A DNA stretch of 38,236 nucleotides, taken from IMG/VR virus record IMGVR_UViG_3300029819_000014, positions 1 to 38,236 of that record; one strand, written 5' to 3'. The stretch is from a virus. The notes under the pieces are model-generated. The model was not told where the DNA came from, did no database searches, and saw nothing but the letters and a program-made list of their open reading frames with translations. A program made the position numbers and the translations under genes. Positions 31,711 to 38,236 of the stretch are shown here, piece after piece; position 1 is the first letter of the stretch; every line of letters begins with the position of its first letter.

Positions 31711-32424
31711 ATGAAAAAATTTGAGTTAACAAGTGAGTTTATCACTAATATTTTCGGGACAAAATTATTTCGTATTAAAGCATTAATCGAGTTTGGAAAC
31801 GTTAAAGCGGGTGAGCTTGGCGGTTTCACGGAAAAAGAAGAAAATCTAAGTCAGGATGGTAATGCTTGGGTGTACGATAATGCTCGTGTGTACGGTGATG
31901 CTTGTGTGTGCGGTGATGCTTGTGTGTGCGGTGATGCTTGTGTGTACGATAATGCTCGTGTGTACGGTGATGCTTGGGTGTACGATAATGCTCGTGTGTA
32001 CGGTGATGCTTGTGTGTGCGGTGATGCTCGTGTGTGCGGTGATGCTCGTGTGTGCGATAATGCTCGTGTGTACGGTAATGCTTGGGTGTACGGTGATGCT
32101 TGGGTGTACGATAATGCTCGTGTGTGCGGTGATGCTTGTGTGTACGATAATGCTCGTGTGTACGGTAATGCTTGGGTGTACGGTGATGCTTGTGTGTGCG
32201 GTGATGCTGGCTACGCCACGGTGCATGGTTTTGGCTCCGAATATCGTACAACTACATTTTTTAAAACAAAAGCAGGAGATATTGGTGTGAAATGCGGATG
32301 TTTTTATGGAAATTTATCAGAATTCCGAAAAAAGGTAGTAGAGACACATGGGGAAACGAAAAAGGCAAAGGAATACTTGATGCTTGCTGATCTGATGGAA
32401 TTTAGATTTTCGGATAACTCATAA
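31711..32424 (+). CDS. Hexapeptide-repeat (left-handed beta-helix-like) protein, Cys/Trp-rich
   Basis: ATG 31711 after AGAGGGAAAG. Contains 20 consecutive hexapeptides of the form [YC]-[GD]-[DN]-A-[CRW]-V. Confidence 0.8.
   Translation: MKKFELTSEFITNIFGTKLFRIKALIEFGNVKAGELGGFTEKEENLSQDGNAWVYDNARVYGDACVCGDACVCGDACVYDNARVYGDAWVYDNARVYGDACVCGDARVCGDARVCDNARVYGNAWVYGDAWVYDNARVCGDACVYDNARVYGNAWVYGDACVCGDAGYATVHGFGSEYRTTTFFKTKAGDIGVKCGCFYGNLSEFRKKVVETHGETKKAKEYLMLADLMEFRFSDNS
31855..32214 (+). repeat. 20 tandem 18-bp repeats (coding)
   Basis: Variants TACGATAATGCTCGTGTG, TACGGTGATGCTTGTGTG, TGCGGTGATGCTTGTGTG, TACGGTGATGCTTGGGTG and others are repeated head to tail. Four reading frames stay open across the block. 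Confidence 0.95.
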
Positions 32425-32444
32425 ATAGAAGAGAGGAAAAGTCA

Positions 32445-32729
32445 ATGGAACAATTAGAAGGAACGGTAACAATGCCGTTGATTACATATCAAAAAATGAG
32501 AAATGATACGAGTCAGATTTTCAATTCGCACGGAACTGACCATGATTCTGAGGATAAGAAGAAAGGGATTTGGCTCTATTTGAATCAAGAAAAACTCTTT
32601 GACCTTGCGTGGGAAGAGATGATCAGACGTGGTATTGATGTATCAAAGTACGACAAGGAGAAAGCAACGTACGAGCATGGATTTGTCAAGTTCGGGTTTA
32701 AAGAGAGTCAGGTAGATATAAATGTATAA
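32445..32729 (+). CDS. Hypothetical protein (94 aa)
   Basis: RBS GAGAGGAAAAG. Early-operon context. Confidence 0.6.
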   Translation: MEQLEGTVTMPLITYQKMRNDTSQIFNSHGTDHDSEDKKKGIWLYLNQEKLFDLAWEEMIRRGIDVSKYDKEKATYEHGFVKFGFKESQVDINV

Positions 32730-32883
32730 ATATGTGTGCCGAAGCTGTGGAGCAAATTTAGACCCGGGCGAAAAGTGTGACTGCATAGCAAAACGTAAAG
32801 AAACAGAGGAACAATACGAACAATTGCTTAAGCAGGAAAAAGACGGGCAATTTGCATTAAAGGAGTTGATTGCATGTACATAG
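32722..32883 (+). CDS. Small Cys-rich (CxxC...CxC) protein (53 aa)
   Basis: MYKYVCRSCGANLDPGEKCDC. Overlaps the upstream stop. Confidence 0.55.
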   Translation: MYKYVCRSCGANLDPGEKCDCIAKRKETEEQYEQLLKQEKDGQFALKELIACT

Positions 32884-33035
32884 GAATTGCAGGACAAGAG
32901 AAAGGGACATGCGTAAATGATTGCGACGCTTATCAATACGCATTAGAGCAGATGCAATGGGATGAGGAATTACAAAAAGAGTTTGTTGAGTGGTTTTACT
33001 CAGGAAACTATGTACACGAGGAGGAAGAAAATTAA
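32874..33035 (+). CDS. Hypothetical acidic protein (53 aa)
   Basis: AAGGAG lies 8 nt upstream of ATG 32874. Confidence 0.5.
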   Translation: MYIGIAGQEKGTCVNDCDAYQYALEQMQWDEELQKEFVEWFYSGNYVHEEEEN

Positions 33036-33062
33036 GTTTTGTAAGTAACAGGAGGTAAAGAT

Positions 33063-33902
33063 ATGAATGAAATAATGGTGCATGATGGTACAGGTATGCA
33101 GGTCAGAACATCTCAGACAGAGATGATGATGAGCAGGCAGGCACAAGAAGTACAGGGGGCTATTGTAATGGCCAAAAAATTTCCGAGAGACGAAGTGGAA
33201 AGTTTTAACCGTATTGTAAGAGCCTGCCAGAGAAAGGGACTCGCAGAAAATGCAATGTATGAATATCCTCGAGGAGGAACAAAGGTTGTAGGTCCATCAA
33301 TTCGATTAGCAGAAGCAATGGCACAAAATTGGGGAAATATTGATTTTGGCATTATTGAATTGGAGCAAAAAAATGGGGAAAGTCAAGTTATGGCTTATGC
33401 ATGGGATTTAGAAACAAACACAAGACAGACAAAGGTATTTACAGTTCCTCATATCAGATCAACAAAAAAAGGAAACGTTCCACTTACGGATCCGAGAGAT
33501 ATTTATGAAATGGTTGCAAATCAAGGAGCAAGACGAGTAAGAGCGTGCATACTTGGTGTAATTCCAGGAGATGTCCAAGATGCAGCAATAGATCAATGCA
33601 ATAAAACAATGTCGGAGGGAGAAAAAAAACCGGTAATTGATTTGGTAAGAGATATGGCTGCCATTTTCGAAAGAGAGTTTAGTGTGCCGATAGAGGCAAT
33701 AGAAAAGTATATTGGCTGCAAATCGGAAGCGTTCAGCATGAACGATCTTGTACGCTTAAAGAGAGTATACAAATCACTACATGATGGCATGGCAAAGAGA
33801 GAAGATTATTTCGATCTTCCACGGTTGAAAGGCGAAGGCGTAACGGATCCATTTAAGGAAACAGAAGGGGATGCTGAAACGGATGAATCTCGATCAAAAT
33901 AA
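33063..33902 (+). CDS. Single-strand annealing protein (RecT/Redbeta- or Rad52-like recombinase)
   Basis: 279 aa. AGGAGG RBS. Conserved-looking GPSIRLAEAMAQNWGNI region. Lies directly upstream of an exonuclease gene. The family assignment is not certain by eye. Confidence 0.7.
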   Translation: MNEIMVHDGTGMQVRTSQTEMMMSRQAQEVQGAIVMAKKFPRDEVESFNRIVRACQRKGLAENAMYEYPRGGTKVVGPSIRLAEAMAQNWGNIDFGIIELEQKNGESQVMAYAWDLETNTRQTKVFTVPHIRSTKKGNVPLTDPRDIYEMVANQGARRVRACILGVIPGDVQDAAIDQCNKTMSEGEKKPVIDLVRDMAAIFEREFSVPIEAIEKYIGCKSEAFSMNDLVRLKRVYKSLHDGMAKREDYFDLPRLKGEGVTDPFKETEGDAETDESRSK

Positions 33903-34620
33903 TTATTATTCGGAAGATGCGAATGCAAAGTATTTTTCCGTATCCCAGTATAAAGACTTTACAAAATGTGAAGCAATGGCAATGGCGAAAATTTCCGGTG
34001 CGTATAAGCCGGAAATGACGCGAGCAATGCTGATTGGTTCTTTTGTGGATTCTTACTTTGAGGGAACCTTGGATCAGTTTATTAAAGAGCATCCGGCAGT
34101 GTTCACAAGAAAGAATGAACTGCGAAGTGAATTTCGAAAAGCAAATGAAATCATCGGAAGAATTAAGAGCGATGAAACATTTACGAAATTTATGTCCGGT
34201 GAAAAGCAGAGAATTATGACATTTGAATTATTCGGAGTTCCTTGGAAGATGAAGATGGATAGTTATCTTCCAGGAATCTGTATTACAGATTTAAAGGTTG
34301 TTGCAAAATTTAAAAATCTTCCGCTTTGGAGATATGATCTGCAGGGAGCATTATATCAGAAAGGTGTGGAGATTGTAACTGGAGAGAAACTCCCGTTTTA
34401 CCTTGCAGTTGCTACAAAGGAAAGAGTGATTGATATAGATATTTTTCAGATTCCGCAGGATACGCTCGATGTGGCACTTTCCGAAATGGAAATAACCATG
34501 GAACGTTTTTCGGAAATCAAAGAGGGGTATCGGGAGCCGGAATATTGCGGTGTATGCGATTACTGCAAAAGTATCAAAAAAGCAAAAATACGGAATTACA
34601 ACGAACTTATGGAGGTTTAA
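33871..34620 (+). CDS. PD-(D/E)XK exonuclease (RecE/DUF3799-like)
   Basis: MDSYLPGICITDLKVV (D...D-x-K) and LQGALYQ (QxxxY) motifs. C-terminal CGVCDYC. Alternative start at ATG 33883. Confidence 0.75.
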   Translation: MLKRMNLDQNNYYSEDANAKYFSVSQYKDFTKCEAMAMAKISGAYKPEMTRAMLIGSFVDSYFEGTLDQFIKEHPAVFTRKNELRSEFRKANEIIGRIKSDETFTKFMSGEKQRIMTFELFGVPWKMKMDSYLPGICITDLKVVAKFKNLPLWRYDLQGALYQKGVEIVTGEKLPFYLAVATKERVIDIDIFQIPQDTLDVALSEMEITMERFSEIKEGYREPEYCGVCDYCKSIKKAKIRNYNELMEV

Positions 34621-34623
34621 ACA

Positions 34624-36180
34624 TTGAAACTGATAAAAATATTAAGTGACAAAATACAGATTAAATCAGACCGGTTTGAGTTTCGGGATATACGAATCAA
34701 CAGCCTGATTGCAGTATCTGATGGAGACGTAGAACTGGTAACGGTTGTGACATCTCTGATGGAAACAGATACCGGTGATTCTATCGGAGAAGAGGATTTC
34801 ATTTTTGAGAACGATGGAATCAAAGTGATAGAATGTTCCATCATTGGAAGTATTCGAAACGGTATCTTTCAAAAAGCAATTGACCGGTATCCAACAACGG
34901 ATATTCAATCGAGAGAAATCACTTCCGAAGAATTCCGGAAGATGCTTTCAAAGTATGAAGGCGGTGGATTCTATATTGGAAACTATGTGCAGCATAATTG
35001 TCCTGCATTTGTGGACGGGAATAAGTTTTTCCAACGTCATTCCTGTATTGTCGGAAACACCGGTTCCGGAAAATCTGAGACAGTTGCAAAAATTTTAGAG
35101 GAGTCAGCGAAGCTTTCCGGAACGAACATTATTGTATTTGATATCCACGGAGAGTATGGAAAGTTATCTTATGCAAGAAACATTAAGATTGGAAAAGATT
35201 TTTCATTTCCTATATGGCTGTTTGGATTTTCTAATATGGTAACAAATATCTTAAAAATCCGGGAGGAGAGTTCTTCAGTAGTGATGTCAGCTCTTCGAAA
35301 ATGCTATTACAGTATATGTTCAGACGGAAAAGAAAACAGGCCTGTTTATTTTGATTTTATGAATTTACTTGCGGAAATGGTGCGCTTGAATAATGAAGAA
35401 AAGCCGACTGGGGAAATTTATAAGACTGGAGATAAGGCAGGACTTGCTAAAACGGTAAAAGGGGACTTTAACGGAAAACTGACAGGTGTAATTAATACGA
35501 TGCAGGATAAATTACTTGATAAGAGATATACATTCCTGTTTGGAGATCATAAGCAGAAGTATTTATTCGAGGTGGTTGAGCAGATCATGAAAAATGATAA
35601 GCCGATAAAAAATATTGACTTGTCAGAGATTCCGCACGATGTAGCCATTCCGGTTATTGGAGTTATTACAAAATTAGTTTATGACATTCAAAGAACGTTT
35701 GAAAGCGACAAGGTTTGTCCGGTAGTGCTTGTGTGTGATGAAGCACATGTATATATCCCGAACAACTTTCAGTTGTCTGCATCGGAGAAGCGAATGGTTG
35801 AAATATTTGAAGATATTGCAAAAGAAGGGCGTAAGTTCGGAATCACGTTATTCCCAGCAAGTCAAAGGCCATCGGAATTGAATAAGACAATCATGGCACA
35901 ATGTGCAAACTTCATTGTATCGAAACTAAACAATGAGAACGATAAAACCATGGTCAAGGGAATGCTGCCGGATGGCAATGAAAACATTATCGACAGTACA
36001 ACGACTTTTAGCCCTGGAGAGGTTCTGATCATCGGCGATGCAGTACCGATTCCGTTAAAAATTCAAGTAGAGTTGGCGAATGAGCGCCCACAATCAAGAA
36101 CGATTGATTTTTGGGATAGATGGAGTGTAAATCCTACTGTTGATTTGAAACAGGGGATAGAGACATATATGGATTTATAA
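34624..36180 (+). CDS. HerA/FtsK-like (DUF87) P-loop ATPase
   Basis: 518 aa. GGAGG lies 8 nt upstream of TTG 34624. Walker A GNTGSGKS and Walker B VVLVCDEAH. ASQRPSELNKTIMAQCANFIVSKL is typical of HerA-type ATPases. Confidence 0.85.
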   Translation: MKLIKILSDKIQIKSDRFEFRDIRINSLIAVSDGDVELVTVVTSLMETDTGDSIGEEDFIFENDGIKVIECSIIGSIRNGIFQKAIDRYPTTDIQSREITSEEFRKMLSKYEGGGFYIGNYVQHNCPAFVDGNKFFQRHSCIVGNTGSGKSETVAKILEESAKLSGTNIIVFDIHGEYGKLSYARNIKIGKDFSFPIWLFGFSNMVTNILKIREESSSVVMSALRKCYYSICSDGKENRPVYFDFMNLLAEMVRLNNEEKPTGEIYKTGDKAGLAKTVKGDFNGKLTGVINTMQDKLLDKRYTFLFGDHKQKYLFEVVEQIMKNDKPIKNIDLSEIPHDVAIPVIGVITKLVYDIQRTFESDKVCPVVLVCDEAHVYIPNNFQLSASEKRMVEIFEDIAKEGRKFGITLFPASQRPSELNKTIMAQCANFIVSKLNNENDKTMVKGMLPDGNENIIDSTTTFSPGEVLIIGDAVPIPLKIQVELANERPQSRTIDFWDRWSVNPTVDLKQGIETYMDL

Positions 36181-36279
36181 TGGCATCTCCTTAAAAGGGA
36201 TAAAATCATATATCACAAATGAAACTATAAAACTTGTTTCAATGCCTCCTACTGAACGTGGGAGACGAAAAGGAGAAAT

Positions 36280-36720
36280 ATGAAATCAGTCAGTTTTCAC
36301 GTGCCAGGAAAACCACAAGGGAAGGCAAGAGCACGTACATTTTATAATCCGAATCTCGGCAGACATATGTCAGTAACACCAGATAATACGGTATTATACG
36401 AGAATCTGATTAAGACGATGTACATTCACGCTGCAAAAGGTTGTAAGTTCGAGAAAGGCGAACCGGTTACACTCTGCATCATTGCGAGATATATGCCGGC
36501 AAAGAGCACTTCTAAGAAAAAGCTGCAGCAGATGTTAGATGGAGAAATTCTTCCGCTTAAAAAGCCGGATATGGATAATATTGTAAAAGTAATTGCAGAT
36601 GCCCTGAATAGCGTTGCCTATCAGGACGATTCGCAAGTTGTATTGGTAAAAGCAAAGAAAGTTTATTCTGCACTGGAAGGTGTAGATGTGACGATTGAGG
36701 AATATAGAAAAGGAGAGTAG
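36280..36720 (+). CDS. rusA: RusA-family Holliday-junction resolvase
   Basis: 146 aa. FHVPGKPQGKARAR... and PDMDNIVKVIADALNSVAYQDDSQV are RusA signatures. Confidence 0.9.
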   Translation: MKSVSFHVPGKPQGKARARTFYNPNLGRHMSVTPDNTVLYENLIKTMYIHAAKGCKFEKGEPVTLCIIARYMPAKSTSKKKLQQMLDGEILPLKKPDMDNIVKVIADALNSVAYQDDSQVVLVKAKKVYSALEGVDVTIEEYRKGE

Positions 36721-37611
36721 GTGGTCCGTATGGGGCGTGGAGCTCCGAATAAACCGGGACTTACATATTATCCGAAGATGCTTGATTTCTACGAAGATGA
36801 TAAAATCTTCGAACTACTGGACGAATACGGTCCACTCGGAGTGACAATTTATGATTGTATACTCTGCATAGTTTATAAAAATGGCTATTATGCCGAGATC
36901 CCTTTGGATAAGCTATCGAGAATGATCACAAGGATGATTGGGAACAAATGGATCAAAAATAAAAAGGCTGTCGTGCAAGTGGTGCACTTTTGCTCTGAGA
37001 TAGGTCTCTTGGATGATGACCTCATGACGAAAAACATCATCACCTCTGTTGGAATTCAACGACGTTATTACGAGATAGCAGTAAAACGCATGAAAAGACA
37101 GCTCTATAGTGATAAGTATTGGCTCCTGGATAAAGAAAAGATGGAGGAGCCTGTATTAAAGTCACCCTTAAACGGAATTAGTTCGGAAGTTAATCGAATT
37201 AATTCGGAAGAAATTCGAGATACTTCGGAAGTAAGTCCTATAGAAATAAAAGAAAATAAAAAAGTATATATAGATGCCTTCGGCGATTCTGAGGTTGAGA
37301 GATATTTTCAGTTGTATGTAATGACTCGTAATAACAATGGAGACGACTTATCGGATACTCAGATACAGATGTTAAGAGAAGAATTACTTTCTATATCTGT
37401 TGATAGAGAAGAACAGCTTGCAATGCTGAGAAAAGCAACAACAGGTCTTTGGAAAGGTTTCTATCCATTATCAAAACCTAAAAAGAAGAAATCAGAGAGT
37501 GCACAGAAAGCAAAGAAGAAATCTTTTAATAACTTTGATGGAAGAAAATATGATATGGATGCATTAGAAGCTCAGATGCTTGCGGCAGATGAAGTGAGGG
37601 GGTGTAAATGA
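36721..37611 (+). CDS. Replisome organiser / DnaD-like protein (DUF4373, Lin1244/Lin1753-like N-terminal domain)
   Basis: 296 aa. LTYYPKMLDFYEDDKIFELLDEYGPLGVTIYDCILCIVYKNGYY is a typical DUF4373 N-terminus. Confidence 0.8.
   Translation: MVRMGRGAPNKPGLTYYPKMLDFYEDDKIFELLDEYGPLGVTIYDCILCIVYKNGYYAEIPLDKLSRMITRMIGNKWIKNKKAVVQVVHFCSEIGLLDDDLMTKNIITSVGIQRRYYEIAVKRMKRQLYSDKYWLLDKEKMEEPVLKSPLNGISSEVNRINSEEIRDTSEVSPIEIKENKKVYIDAFGDSEVERYFQLYVMTRNNNGDDLSDTQIQMLREELLSISVDREEQLAMLRKATTGLWKGFYPLSKPKKKKSESAQKAKKKSFNNFDGRKYDMDALEAQMLAADEVRGCK
37182..37231. repeat. Three TTCGGAAG iterons phased at exactly 21 bp (candidate origin)
   Basis: TTCGGAAG at 37182, 37203 and 37224, inside the linker of the replisome-organiser gene. 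Confidence 0.6.
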
Positions 37612-37835
37612 TACACACAGAATTGATTAAAAACAGATTCAACTCCCTCGAAGAATATGAGAAATTCGCAGCAGAATGGACAGAGGTATGCTGTATGGTG
37701 AATCAGAATAGTCGGAATATGGGGAACAGGGAGCGATTTAAGAAGATCAGGAACTGGAATGGATGCAGATATTTAAAAAGAATTATTTGGAGGCACCAAC
37801 TCTGTAAAGGGTTGATATATATCACAAAATTGTAA
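37608..37835 (+). CDS. Hypothetical protein (75 aa)
   Basis: ATGA overlap with the upstream stop. Confidence 0.45.
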   Translation: MIHTELIKNRFNSLEEYEKFAAEWTEVCCMVNQNSRNMGNRERFKKIRNWNGCRYLKRIIWRHQLCKGLIYITKL

Positions 37836-37874
37836 ATACCTCCTGGCTGAATGGCTGGGAGGAAAGGAGGTACC

Positions 37875-38165
37875 ATGGCACTATACAGAAAATTTGTCCG
37901 AAAAGGAGCGATAACAAACAAACTGATCTACAGAGGACATGAGTTTGTGGAAAGATGGGAAAAAGATGTTGTATTGATGTGCAAAGGAGATACAATCTCA
38001 AAACAAGTAAATAATACGTTCGATAACCTGAGTGTAAAAGAATTGGAAACCATAGAAAACTTAGGTTTTTATACAGATTTTGATTTGGAAGAAAAAATAA
38101 GTGAGCTGTCGGATTATGAGGCGTTATATGACGCCGAAGGTGGCAGCAGTAAGGAGAAAAGATGA
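37875..38165 (+). CDS. Hypothetical protein (96 aa)
   Basis: GGAAAGGAGG lies upstream of ATG 37875, in frame with track ORF 37851..38165. Its stop overlaps the LexA-like start. Confidence 0.55.
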   Translation: MALYRKFVRKGAITNKLIYRGHEFVERWEKDVVLMCKGDTISKQVNNTFDNLSVKELETIENLGFYTDFDLEEKISELSDYEALYDAEGGSSKEKR

Positions 38166-38236
38166 AACCACAACACGCAGCAATAAAAATGGTGATTATA
38201 GAATACATACAAAAACATGGCTATCCACCAACAGTA
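38138..38236. repeat. Terminal overlap, identical to 1..99 (contains a duplicated 5' fragment of the LexA-like CDS from 38162)
   Basis: Exact 99-nt identity with the window start. Confidence 0.95.

Larger units (their letters stand above)
1..38236. mobile_element. Complete temperate tailed-phage (siphovirus-like) genome, circularly closed; unique length 38,137 bp
   Basis: Packaging, head, tail, lysis, lysogeny and recombination/replication modules are all present. The window ends repeat its first 99 nt exactly. Confidence 0.85.

Noticed and set aside
31855-32214. Possible CRISPR array
   Set aside because: The repeats are contiguous 18-mers with no spacers and are in frame within a protein. 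No cas genes are present.
31826-32290. Three extra ORFs (two reverse, one forward) across the 18-bp repeat block
   Set aside because: They are open only because the 18-bp periodic repeat lacks stops in four frames. Their products are monotonous His/Thr/Arg or Met/Leu/Val/Cys strings with no starts or RBS.

Overview
The window is one complete temperate siphovirus-like phage genome, probably from a low-GC Firmicute (Clostridia-type protein families). It is circularly closed: nt 1-99 are identical to nt 38138-38236, giving a unique length of 38,137 bp. Plus-strand order: LexA-N-terminal-domain-only protein, several small zinc-ribbon proteins, a DUF551-like protein, PAPS-reductase-family protein, sigma-region-4-like late regulator, tRNA(CAU), terS/terL (PBSX type), SPP1-like portal, MuF/gp7 head protein with a toxin-like C-terminus plus a small putative immunity gene, scaffold, capsid, connector proteins, major tail protein, chaperones, tape measure, Dit/Tal-like proteins, BppU-like fibre, holin, tandem DUF2829 (Tad2-like) protein and amidase endolysin. 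A reverse-strand accessory/lysogeny block follows: a six-gene operon including a 7x YD-like repeat mini-protein, a large serine integrase, and a LITAF-like/DUF2085 membrane pair. Next come an XRE gene, a promoter bracketed by two consensus LexA boxes, a CI-like repressor, and a three-operator PR/PRM switch. The early region carries a convergent membrane protein, small ORFs, and a Cys-rich hexapeptide-repeat protein encoded by 20 tandem 18-bp repeats. It ends with an SSAP-exonuclease-HerA-like ATPase-RusA module and a DnaD-like replisome organiser with phased iterons. The most interesting candidates are the SOS-wired switch, the reverse-strand dark-matter operon, the Tad2-like fusion, the MuF toxin/immunity pair, and the candidate attP/antisense RNA next to the integrase. 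All functional calls rest on motifs recognised by eye; no database search was run.
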